Positions 1 through 11,640 of a stretch of 64,000 nt of DNA are shown piece after piece (the stretch's first letter is position 1; the number at the start of each line of letters is the position of its first letter). This DNA is from Mobula hypostoma (lineage: Eukaryota). A program made the position numbers and the translations under genes. The stretch spans positions 70,122,001 through 70,186,000 of the forward strand of contig NC_086108.1 in assembly GCF_963921235.1 (NCBI RefSeq), written 5' to 3'. The notes beneath the pieces are model-generated. The model saw only the letters and a program-made list of their open reading frames with translations. It was not told the DNA's origin and made no database searches.

Positions 1-1018
1 ACAGGTCATATTCTGCAAGGAAGTCGGTCACCAGTGGTGTGCCTCAGGGATCTGTTCTGGGACCCCTACTCTTCATGATTTTTATAAATGACCTGGATGA
101 AGAAGTGGAGGGAGGGGTTAGTAAATTTGCTGATGACATGAAGGTTGGGGGTGTTGTGGATAGTGTGGAGGGCTGTCAGAGGTTACAGCAGGACATTGAT
201 AGATTGCAAAAATGGGCTGAGAAGTGGCAGATGGAGTTCAACCCAGATAAATGTGAGGTGGTTCATTTTGGTAGGTCAAATATGATGACAGAATATAGTA
301 TTAATGGTAAGACTCTTGGCAGTGTGGAGGATCAGAGGGATCTTGGGGTCCAAGTCCATAGGATACTCAAGGCTGCTGTGCAGGTTGACTCTGTGGTTAA
401 GAAAGCACACAGTTCATTGGCCTCCATCAATTGTAGGATTGAGTTTAGGAGCCAAGAGGTAATGTTGCAGCTATATAGGACCCCGGTCAGACCCCACTTG
501 GAGTACTGTGCCCAGTTCTGGTCGCCTCACTACAGGAAGCCATAGAAAGGGTGCAGAGGAGATTTACAAGGATGTGGATTGGGGAGCATGCCTTATGAGA
601 ATAGGTTGAGTGAACTCAGCCTTTTTTCCTTGGAGTGACGGAGGATGAGAGGTGACCTGATAGAGGTGTGTAAGATGATGAGAGGCATTGATCGTGTGGA
701 TAGTCAGAGGCTTTTTCTCAGGGCTGAAATGGCTAGCATGAGAGGGCACAGTTTTAAGAAGCTTGGAAGTAGGTACAGAGGAGATATCAGGGGTAAGTTT
801 TTTTTTTACGCAGAGAGTGGTGAGTGTGTGGAATGGGCTGCTGGCGACAGTGGTGGAGGCAGATATGATAGGGTCTTTTAAGAGACTCCTGGACAGGTAC
901 ATGGAGCTTAGGAAAATAGAGGGCTATGGGTAACCCCAGGTAATTTCTCAGGTAAGGACAGCTTTGTGGGCCGAAGGGCCTGTATTGTGCCATAGGTTTC
1001 CTATGTTTCTATGTTTCT
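1..1018 (+). mobile_element. CR1/L3 LINE 3' portion (RT C-terminal region plus 3' UTR with (TTTCTATG)n tail)
   Basis: ORFs 39-545 (PQGSVLGPLLF, KFADD, RPHLEYCAQFWSP) and 645-881 (RGDLIEV) are CR1 ORF2 motifs. Short tandem tail at about 997-1018. Confidence 0.93.
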
Positions 1019-2443
1019 AACAGTTTGTAAAAGAATACAAACAACTTTCTCTCAATTGTTTATTCAGACAACAGCCGTGTCAGAACCGATATGAAAAGCT
1101 TTGCACGGTGCTTTCTGGGATACTGCCTTGTGTACAAGCTTTTGGCTGCACAGAACATTTTTCTGAAAGAGAATGAAGGCAGCAACTGACAAACTGAAAA
1201 TTTTGCTTAAGCCATTCAGGATGAGATAGTCCTGATAGGACCTCCCCTCAATTGACTCAGCAGCTTTGGACACAATGTTCTACCAAAGAATGAGTGAGTC
1301 ATGGCTATTTCCTGGATTACAGTTGGTGTAGTAATGTACCTGTAGGTAAATACAGCTCAAATAATAATCTGTTGCAAGTCATTTTCTACTCATGGAAAGC
1401 AATCCTGCTAACTATGTTTAAATAGAAGGAAAATCAGGCGGTTTAAAACTAAGTGCCCCTGCAACCATTGCACCTGATTTCACCCTCCATAAACTTACAT
1501 TCATCTGAAACCTTGCTGTGTTGCCCTAATTGGTACTGTCCCATTCACCTAATACTCCTGTGCCCATGGTCTCAGCATAATTTGAAAATTCTCATGCATG
1601 TTTTCAAATGTCTCAGATTTTCACTGCTCCCTATCTGTATAATCCCCACAACCCACACAAAATGCTGGAGGAAATCAGCAGGTCTGTGCAACTAACCTCA
1701 GAGATTTCTGCACTCCTTGAATGGACACTTAATTTTAAATCTAGTTAGAAAAGTATAGCACAACAAACAGGGACTTCAGCCCACCTTGTCTCTGCTGAGC
1801 CATTTAAACTGCCTACTTCCAATATGCACTGGGACCATAGTCCTCCATATCCCTAACATCCTTATACGTATCCAAACTTCTCTTAAAACGTTGAAGTCAA
1901 GCTCGCATGTACCACTTGCACCAGCAGCTCGGTCCACACTCTCGCAACCCTCTGAGTAAAGAAGTTTCCCCTCAGGTTCCCCTTAAATCTTTCACCCTTA
2001 ACCCATGACTTCCAGTTGTAGTCCCACCCAACTTCAGTGGAAAAAGCCTGCTTGCATTTACCCTCTCTGTACCCCTCATAATTTTGTGTACCTCTATCAA
2101 ATTTTCCCTTAATCTTCTATGTTCCAGGGAATAAAGTCCTAACATATTCAATCTTTCCATATAACTCAGGTCCTCCAGACCCAGCAACATCCTTGTAAAT
2201 TTTCTCTATACTGTTTCAACTTTATTTACATCTTTCCTGTAGGTAGGTGTAACTGCACACAATACTCCAAATTACGCCTCGCCAATGTCTTATACAACTT
2301 CAATTTAACATTCCATGTCCTGTATTCAATACTTTGATTTATGAAGGCCAATGTGCCAAAACCTTTCTTTATGATCCTCTCTACCTGTGACACCACTTTC
2401 AATGAATTATGGACCTGTATTTCCAGATCTATTTCTTCTACCA

Positions 2444-3674
2444 CAGGGGTCCCCAACCTTTTTTGCACTGCGGACCAGTTTAATATTGGCAACATTCTTG
2501 CGGACCGGCCAACCAGGGGTGGGGGGGGGGTCGGGCGGGGGGGTGTAGGGTTGCCAACGGACAAGAGTAGCAGTCAAGTACGTTGTGTTTACCCAGAGGA
2601 AGACTACAATGACCATGAAGCCTTACGCGGGCACCAGTGCACATGCGTGACCTGCCCATGCGTGTACCTGCCGATTTTTTTTCTGCAAATCATTTTTGGC
2701 AATTCTGTTCGGGGGTGGGGGTTGTTAATCACGACCGGAATATAGGTAATAAGTGGCTAATACACTCAATTTCGTTTCTAAAAGGGTTTATCTAACGAAC
2801 TTAATATTAAACACACAGCGCACATTTTCCTTGCATGAATATAGTGATAAGTCAATTATCAGGGGAGGACAGGGGAGCTTGAAGTAAGTGTTGAATGAAC
2901 TTCCAGTAGAAGTGGCAGAAGCAGGTTCGATATTATCATTTAAAGAAAAATTGGATAGGTATATGGACAGGAAAGGAATGGAGGGTTGTGGGCTGAGTGC
3001 AGGTCGGTGGGACTAAGTGAGAGTAGCGTTCGGCACGGACTAGAGGGGCCGAGATGGCCTGTTTCCGTGCTGCAATTGTTATATGGTTATATAAGTAAGT
3101 CAATAGCATCATAGCATTTTAAGTAACATTTGGATATTAAACACACAGCACATATTTTCCCCATGTGAACATATAAAATCATTGCAACACACCAATATCG
3201 CTGAATCAGTGGAAGCCCTGAGCTTGTTTCGCTGCAACAAGACGGTCCCATCGAGGGGTAGTGGGAGACAGCGATACTCGAAGGGGGTTCCTTATGTCCA
3301 GTCTATTCCGCAATTTAGTTTTCGTTGCATTCATTACAGAAAACTCCACTTCGCAGAAAAATGTTGGAAACGGAAGCAACGTTTTCAGTGCTTTCGTGGC
3401 TATCTCAGGATATTTAGCCTTGACTTTGATCCAGAATGCCAGCAGAGATGTTATGTCAAACATACTTTTCAGCCCGCCGTCATTTGCAAGCTCGAGGAGT
3501 TGACCTCCTTCCCGTGCTGACATGGATGACGCACGGGTAATGACCTCGCATGCATAATGGCTCAACAGTGGGCATGACAGGGAATGAGGAAAGGTGCAGC
3601 TGACTCATATCGCCAAATCATATCGTTTCCTCGCGGCCTGGTACCGGTCCACAGCCCGGTGGTTGGGACCGCTG
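2444..3674 (-). mobile_element. Internally deleted hAT-Charlie (Charlie3/MER1-like) DNA transposon
   Basis: TIR CAGGGGTCCCCAACC ... GGTTGGGACCGCTG, with a perfect 8-bp TSD TTCTACCA (2436-2443 / 3675-3682). ORF 3206-3565 is the Charlie transposase C-terminus (LLPFPT..CE..FS, TKLRNRLD, KQAQGFH). Confidence 0.92.
2857..3095 (+). mobile_element. CR1 3'-end fragment nested within the Charlie element
   Basis: CR1 terminal sequence (ttggataggtatatggac...ggcctgtttccgtgctg) flanked by TAAGTCAAT repeats at 2848-2856 and 3096-3104. Confidence 0.75.
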
Positions 3675-3844
3675 TTCTACCACACCTCAGTGCCCTACCA
3701 TTCATTGTGTAAGACCTACATGATGAACAGAAGCTTCAGAAGACTGCCCAAAAACCTATAATTCTTTATTTTTTTCCCCTCAGGATATTCCTTAAAACCT
3801 ACTTTTTTCTGCTCTATTATCTCCCTTTGTCTTCACCCAAGTCC

Positions 3845-4115
3845 TGCCTTCTTCCCAGCATTGAGAATATCTACAAAAGGTGAAGCTTCAAATAGGCAGC
3901 ATCCATCATTCAGGATCACTGTCACCTGGGACATGCTCCTTTCTCATTGCTACCATTAACGAGAAGGTACAGGAGCCCGAAGACACACACTCAACAATTT
4001 AGGAACAGCTTCTGCCCCTCCGACATCAGATTTCTGAACAATGAACCAACCCATGAACAGTACCTCACTATTTTTTATCTCTATTGGCACTACTTGTTTA
4101 ACTTATATATTTATA
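3845..4115 (+). mobile_element. Rex1/Babar-like LINE 3' fragment
   Basis: ORF 3947-4162 (LP..RRYRS.KTHT..FRNSF) resembles the C-terminus of the other Rex1-like copies in the window. Confidence 0.65.
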
Positions 4116-4149
4116 ATTTACACCAGGCTTTGTTTGACCTCAACTCATT

Positions 4150-4900
4150 CATAGAAACATAGAAAGCCGACAGCACAATACAGGCCCTTCAGCCCACAAA
4201 ACTGCGCCAAACATATCCTTACCTTAGAACTACCTAGGCTTACCCATAGCCCTCTATTTTTCTAAGCTCCATGTATCCATCCAGGAGTCCCTTAAAAGAC
4301 CCTATCATTTCCGCCTCCACTGCCGCCGCCGGCAGCCCATTCCACACACTCACCAATCTCTGCGTAAAAAACTTACCCCTGATATCTCCTCTGTACCTAC
4401 ATCCAAGCACCTTAAAACTATGCCCTCCCGTGCTAGCCATTTCAGCCCTGGGGAAAAGTTTCTGACTATCCACACGATCAATGCCTCTCATTACCTTATA
4501 CACCTCTATCAGGTCACCTCTCATCCTCCATTGCTCCAAGGAGAAAAGGCCGAGTTCACTCAACCTATTCTCATAAGGCATGCTCCCCAATCCAAGCAAC
4601 ATCCTTGTAAATCTCCTCTGCACCATTGCTATGGTTTCCACATTCTTCCTGTAGTGAGGTGACCAGAACTGAGCACAGTACTCCAAGTGGGGTCTGACCG
4701 GGATCCTATATAGCTGCAATATTACCTCTCAGCTCTTAAACTCCATCCCACGACAGATGAAGGCCAATGCTCCATATGCCTTCTTAACCACAGAGTCAAC
4801 CTGCGTAGCAGCTTTGAGTGTCCTATGGACTCAGACCCCAAGATCCCTCTGATCCTCCACACTGCCAAGAGTCTTACCATTAATACTATATTCTGCCATC
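4150..4900 (-). mobile_element. 5'-truncated CR1 LINE
   Basis: ORF 4240-4719 is the CR1 ORF2 C-terminus. (CATAGAAA)n tail at about 4150-4165. Closely related to the copy at 1-1018. Confidence 0.93.
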
Positions 4901-5710
4901 ATGCTTTTCATGAAATTGCTTTCCTCAAATACATAAATAACATGGTTCCGTCAGATCCCCAAAATAATTTGCTTGTTTGCCACTTTTTAAGGTGGTGAAT
5001 TTTAGGTCTGAATGCTTCATAAAATCTTACATTCATTTTCATGTTCCTCCTGTAGGCATATCTTCACTTCCCAAGAAAGAATTTTACTTTAACGGTTCAA
5101 TAAATCCATACCAAATAGCCTAAGTTTAAACACCTTACTGAGTGTATTGGGTATTCTACAGTGACTTGTCCTCCCAACAGACTTCGGAAGTTTAAACCAA
5201 AAAGGTTGATTCAGTAATGTCCAGAATATTCGTAACTTTTAATTTCATTATATTCCATAAAAAGGAAGTAAAATATTCATGTTAGTAGAATTAAATACAA
5301 CTTAGCAGCATTTAAAAGGCTATCAAATGTCAGTGAGAAGATGAACAGGAATCAGCAGAAATAGAGCTCTTTCCCTTGCTACTGCATATTTTCTCTACTC
5401 TCCACTATATGCTTTCTCCAAACCTTAACCTCTTAAGTCTTCACTTTCCTTCCAAAATGTCCACTGCTGAACTCCTATCTGAGCTCAGTTATTGGTACCT
5501 CATAATGTTGCCTCCTCAATGCCACAAAAATGGCCACCCTCATTGATACAGCAATTAAGAGTCACAATCACAATATTGAATATGATAATTTTCAATATTT
5601 CTTTTGCACACTAGCACTCAGAGTTAACTTATTAAGCTATGCAAGGAGGGAAGCATTTTCTGTGTTTCATTGATTCAGGGAAAAAATGATAAGGCGAAAA
5701 CATCACCTAC

Positions 5711-5938
5711 CCAAATCTGCAACTTGACCCTTTTATCATTTCTGTAAACAGTCTTCACTTTAAAGTCAATACCAACGGTACTAACGAAGGCTGATGTGAA
5801 TGTGTCATCTGCATATCTGAAAAGGAAAGAAGTCTTGCCCACACTGCTGTTTCCAATTATGAGAAGTTTGAACATATAGTCAAAATTCTGATCTGATGCA
5901 TCCTTCTGTCCATATCTTGAATCTGAGGCAGATGCCAT
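5711..5938 (-). CDS. RAB3B: Ras-related protein Rab-3B, first coding exon (76 aa)
   Basis: [76 protein letters not shown] contains the P-loop GNSSVGKT and effector TVGIDF. Acceptor TTTTTTTTTAG lies immediately before the ATG and donor GTAGGT follows TGG. Paralog assigned from the DDTF residue and synteny with TXNDC12/BTF3L4. Downstream exons were not found in the window. Confidence 0.93.
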
Positions 5939-6589
5939 CTAAAAAAAAAGCAGATGAAATTGCAAACTATCAAAAAGTTGCTTAAGGAACATGCTGTAGT
6001 GAAAACTATATTATAACTAGATGATAAAAATAACAGAGTGAGACAGCATATATAATCAGTAATCAAACAGAAAACAGTACTTCAGCCTGTGACAACTGTG
6101 CTGACAATGATGCCAGTTTAAATTAATCCTACCTGCTTGCACATCATCTATATCCACTGAGGCTCTGCCTATTGCTTTGTCTGCCTAAATGCCTCTTAAA
6201 TATTGCTATCATATCTACTATATCTCCTTAACAGCACTTTCCAGACACTTATGACTCTATTTTTAAAAAACTTGCTTCATAAGTATCCTTTCAACTCTTC
6301 CCTTAAAGCTTTGCCCTCTGGTATTTAATGTGCCCATCCTGGGGGGAATGAAAGAAACTGACTACCTATCCTATCTATGCTCCACTTAATTTTATATACT
6401 TCCATAAAGTCACCAACTCTTCAGAAAAAAACAGTCCAGGTTTATCCAAACTCTCTTTATAGATAATATTGTCTCAAGACAACATCCTGATGAACCCCTT
6501 ATGCATCTCTCCACCCCCCTGCATCCTCCCTATAAACGCAGTGATCTGAAATGCACAAAATACTCCAAATTTTACCTAACCAAAGAATC

Positions 6590-8170
6590 TGAATCAGGTA
6601 TATCACTGGCATATGTCGTGAAATGTGCTGTTTTGTGGCAGCAGTACATTGCAAGACATAATATTTTAAAAACTAAATTACAATAATATATACAGTACAT
6701 ATTTTTAAAATTCAAATTAATTAAGCCGTGCAAAAAGAAAGTCAAAAAAAGTGAGATAGTGTCATTGTCCATTCAGAAATTTAATGTTGGTGGGGAAAAA
6801 TATGTTCCTAAAACACTGAGTATGTCTCTTCAGGCCCCTGTACCTCTCCTTGATGGCAGCAATGTGAAGAAGGCATGTCCTAGGTGATAGGAGTCCTTAG
6901 TGATGGATCTCACGTTTTTGAACCATTACCTTTAGAAGATGTCCTCAGTGCAGAGGAGGCCGAGGATTGAGCTGGCAGAGTTTACAACTTTCTGCGGCTT
7001 TGTCCAATCCTGTACAGAGGTCCCTCTGTAGCAGACGGTGATGCAACCAAGTAGAGTGTTTTCCATGATATGTGTATTTGTAGAAATTTGTGAGTCTTTT
7101 GGTGGCATTCCAAGTCACCTCACACTCCTCATGAAATATAGCCATCAGTGTGCCTTCATTGAAATTGCATCAATGTGTTAGGCCCAGGATAGACCACCAG
7201 AGATGTTGACACCAAGGAACTTGAAACTCCTCACCCTTTTCACTACTGATCCCTCGATGAGGGCTGGTGTGTGTTCCCCTGACTTTCCTTCCTGAAGTCC
7301 ACAATCAATTCTTTGATCTTACTGACATTGAGTGCAAAGTTGTTGTTGTGTCACCACTTAACCAGCTGATTTATTTCACTCCTGTGCATCTCCTCCTCAC
7401 CACCTGAAATTCTGCCAACAATAGTTCTGTCATTGGCAAATTTATAGATGGCATTTCAGCTGTGCCTAGCCACACAGTTGTGGCTACAGAGAGAATACAG
7501 CAGTGGGCTCAAAACATATCCTTGAGGTGCACCAGTGTAGATTGTCCGTGAGGAGTAGATGTTATTTCTGATCTGCACTGACTGTGGTTTCCCGATGGGG
7601 AAGTCAAGGATCCAGTTGCAGAGGGAAGTACAGAGGCTCAGGTTTTGGAGCTTGTTTATTAGTACTGAGGGTATAATGGTGTTGAACGCTGAGCTGTTCA
7701 ATAAACAGCAGCCTGACATGGGTATTGCTATTGTCTGGGTGATCCAAGGCCAAGTGCAGAACCAATGAGATTACATCCACTGCAGACTTATTGTGGTGAC
7801 AGGCAAACTGCACCAGGTCCAGGTCCTTTTTCAGGCGGGAGTTGATTCTGGCCATTACTAACTTCACAAAGCACCTCATCACAGTAGATGTGAGTGCAAC
7901 TGGGTGACGGTCATTGAGACAGCTCAGCCTTCTCTTCTTGGGCACTGGTATGATTGCCTCCCTTCTGAAGCAGGTGGGAACTTCCTTCTGCAGCAGTGAC
8001 AGATTGAAGATATCCTTCAACACACCCACCGTTTGGTTGGCACTGATTTTCAGTGCCCTATCAGGTACACCATCAAGGCTTGACACCTTGCAAGGACTCA
8101 CCCTCATGAAAGATGTTCTGACAATGGCCACTGAGACAGAGATTACAGGGTCACCAGATTCTGTGGGGAT
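6590..8170 (-). mobile_element. Rex1/Babar-like LINE, degraded RT and 3' end
   Basis: ORFs 7604-8191 (IIPVPKK..LNDRHPVALTS) and 7456-7719 ([24 protein letters not shown]). Confidence 0.85.
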
Positions 8171-8219
8171 TTGCAGTTTATACAGCTGCAAAATGTCTTC
8201 TCTACACTTCTACTCCACG

Positions 8220-8720
8220 TCCCAACTGATTAAGGCAATACACCCTCATTACCATCCTATCTGCTAATGTTGCCACTTTCAAAGACCCATGAACTTCCAC
8301 CCCATCAGTGCTCCGAACTGTCCTGCCATTTACTCTTAGCTTGACCTTCCGAAGTGAAACACTTCACATTTGTCCAGATTAAACTTTACCTGCCATTTTT
8401 CTGCCGTACTTCCTACTGTTCTATACCTTGCTCTATCCTTTCACAACCTTCCTCACTATCCACAACTCCACCATACTTTCTGTAATCTGCAAAGTTACTA
8501 ATAAGACCACCTACACTTTCATCCAGATCATTCACATACATCACAAACAGAGGTCCCAGCTCTAATACCACTGGTCATAAATCTCCTTTCAGAATAATAC
8601 CCCTCTATCACTATCCTCCATCTTCTAAGACTAAGAAAATTTTGCATCCATTCTATTAAGACATCATGGATCCAATGTGTGTTAACCTTCTGGATCTGCC
8701 TACTATATGGGACCATGTTG
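8220..8720 (-). mobile_element. Degraded CR1 RT fragment
   Basis: ORF 8528-8794 includes FSKTFNMVPYSR..QKV..WMQNFL, from the CR1 RT region. Confidence 0.65.
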
Positions 8721-8724
8721 AATG

Positions 8725-10300
8725 TTTTACTAAAGTTCAAAGTAAATTTATTATTGAAGTACATATATATCACTTTATGCAACCTGGGAGTCATTTTCTT
8801 GAGGGCTTACAGAGTAAATCCAAAAAACACAATAGAAACCATGAATGACTGCACCCAACAGAACAGACAAACAACCAGTATGCAGAAGAAAACAAACTAT
8901 GCAAATACAAAAAGAATAAAGAAATAATAATAATTACAACTAAATAAACAAAAAATATCGAGAACATGAGATGAAGAGTGCTTGAAAGTGAGTCCATAGG
9001 TTGTGGAAACAGTTCAGTGATGAGGCAAGTGAAGTTGAGTGAAGTTATCCCCTCTGGTTCAAGAGCCTGATGTTGAGGGGGTAATAACTGTTCCTGAACC
9101 TGGTGGTATGGTTCCTGAGACACATGGACCTTCTTCCTGATGGCAGTAATGAGAAGAGAGCATGGCGAGAAGGGTGTTGCCTGTGATGGACTGGGCTACA
9201 TCCATTATTTTTTGAAAGATTTTCCGTTCAAGTATGGTGTGGAGATGTATCCATGGAGATCAGGCGTGATGCAACCAGTCAATATACTCTCCACTACATA
9301 TCTATAGAAGTTGATTGAAGTTTTACACGTCATGCCAAATCTTTGCAAACTTCTGAGGAAGTAGAGACACTGTCGTGCTTCTTTCTAATAGCACTTGCAT
9401 GCTGGACCCAGGACTGATCCTCTGAAATGATAACACCGAGGAATTTAAAGTTGCTGACTCTCTCCATGTCCTACCCTGATGTCTTTCAAATCATAAGCTC
9501 TATGACAACCGTGGTGCACTAATTCAGATCCTCTGATGAGTCCTCAAACATGGCCTAGTCCAACGACTCGAAGCAATCCCATAGCCGCTCCTCTGCCTCC
9601 CATAACCAGCTTTTTGTTGTCCTTATCACTGGAGCTTTGCTCTTTAGTCACTGGCTGTATGCAGCTAGGAGAAGGACAGCAGATTTCCCAAAATGCGATC
9701 TCCACCTGGAATGGTAGGCAGTGGTCGAATGTGTTGGAAACCATGGTGCTTCAGGTTATATGGTGATGATAATTGTGCAGAGGTTTCTTCAAACAAGCCT
9801 GATTGAAGTCCCCGACAATGACTTGAAAGGCATCATGGAGGCTGTTTCTTGTTTGCTAATGGCAGCATTTAATATCTCGAATACCTAATCAACATCGGCC
9901 TTTGTCAGTATGTAAACTGCAGTCAGGACCATGGAGGAGAACTCTCTTGTAAGTAGTGTGGTCAGCACTTAATCGTTAGATGTTCCAGGTCAGGGGAACA
10001 AGAGTGTGACAAGACCACTGTATCCAAACACCACAAACAATTTATCATGAAAAAAGTCTCCCACCTTTTGCCTTCTCCGAACCAGCAGTCCAGTCCATCC
10101 TGTGTATCGAGAAGCCCTCAGATCTCACTGATGTATCTGACGAGTGGTGAGTGAACCATGTCCCCGTGAAACACCGAAAGCAGCAATTTCTCATTTCCCT
10201 CCGATACAGCAATCTTGCTCTCAGGTTCTACAGCAACTGTAAATTTGCTAACAAGATGCTGGGTAAAGGAAATTTCATTCCCCTACGCTTCAGTCTAGCT
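8725..10300 (-). mobile_element. Rex1/Babar-like LINE fragments (3' end at about 8725-9470; endonuclease-region remnant at about 9750-10300)
   Basis: The 3' UTR matches the other Rex1-like copies. The minus strand near 10150-10230 reads LRARLLYRREMRNCCFRCFTGTW, an APE-like N-terminus. Confidence 0.65.
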
Positions 10301-10639
10301 TGGAGTCCTGCCCTCCTCTCTTCAGGCCATCGCAATGTACCTTTGTCCACTTCAAGGTGCTGTACCTGCATGCTTGAGAGTTAAGTCCACTGAGTCCTTC
10401 AGAAGGCTGTGAAATTCCTAGTTCCTTCAGACGGTTCAAAATTATGTTACTTTAAGGGAAATTATAGGCTACTGATTGTAGTGAGAGTAGTTCAGAATTA
10501 TATTTTGAAGTTTTGTAAGCTCCCTGCAACACATCAACATGGTTCACTAGCATCATCTTGCCAAGTAAAGTCCATGTATTCAACATCCATTTCCCTACCC
10601 TCATCAGTCATTTCGTTACCAGCTCAAAATACTTAATGA

Positions 10640-11640
10640 AGTTTGTTACACAAGACCTCCCTGCACAAAGCTGTGCTGATTATCACTAATAGGTCCATGT
10701 ATTTGAGATGTGAGTAAATCCTATCCCAACAAGTCTTTTCCAAGTACTTCCCTACCACTGATGCAAGTTCACTAGCCTAGAACTTGCCTAAGTATCCCAA
10801 TTTCCCTTTTTAGACAAATAAAAAACATTGACTATTCTCCAATCCTCTGGGACAGTGCCTGTAAATAAAGAAGATACAAAGATCTTCAGCAAGGGCCCAG
10901 CAATTTTCTTCCTGCCTCTCTCAATATGCTGGGATAGACCCTATCAGAACCTTAAAGTTCTTCAAGAAACCCAGCACCAGCTCCTCCTTGATATCAACAT
11001 GCGCAAAAATATCCCTGATTTCTCTATCCTCCATATACTTCTCACTAGTGAATATCATTGCAAAATATTCACTAATAACTTGCCCACTTTTTCTAGTCAC
11101 GGGCTTTAATTCTTTCCTCTGTGCCTGTGTAGTTCTATACTCTTTCTAGTTACCCTTTTGTTTTTAATATATAAAATGCCTTGGTATTTTCCTGAATGCA
11201 ATCTATCAAGGAGATTTTGTGACCTCTTTAAACCCTACTGATTCCCTGTTTTAAGTTCATTCTGTATTCTTCATATTCCTCATTGTTCAGACTCAGCTTT
11301 CTAGAAGTTACATATGCTTACTTTCTTTTTGACTAAATTTGTAACATCTCCCATCATCCAAGAATCTCAAAACTAACCATTCTTCTATTTCTTCCTCACA
11401 GAAACTCATACAGAATTCTGTCCAGCTGCCCTGTGAATAACTCCCACACATCAGATGTGGACTTACTCAATACAAGTCAATTCTGATCTATTCTCCCTAG
11501 TACCATTATAATTAGCCTTTAGCCAGTTTAGCACTTTCCATTTGCTCTAGCCCATATCTATCTGAAAACTTCCCAAATGTTCTCCTGTTGAAACTCCAAA
11601 CAACAGGCCATGTTCATTTCCCAATGCAAGGTCTAGTACA
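10640..11640 (-). mobile_element. Old, highly degraded CR1-like fragment
   Basis: Nucleotide similarity to CR1 ORF2 segments seen elsewhere in the window (cacaaagctgtgctga, ctccaatcctctgg). No intact ORF. Confidence 0.55.

Larger units (their letters stand above)
1745..3720 (-). mobile_element. Degraded CR1 LINE 3' fragment, interrupted by a hAT element at 2444-3674
   Basis: ORFs 1972-2190 and 2226-2564 carry CR1 motifs (LEYCVQ, LYSLEHRRLR). CR1 sequence resumes after 3682. Confidence 0.85.

Noticed and set aside
1064-1273. Next RAB3B exon
   Set aside because: No DTAGQE or other Rab motif was seen here or elsewhere in 1-5700, so it probably lies left of the window.
5675-5710. C-terminal [11 protein letters not shown] of the ORF-track Rab3 ORF
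   Set aside because: This is read-through into the intron past the GTAGGT donor at 5710.
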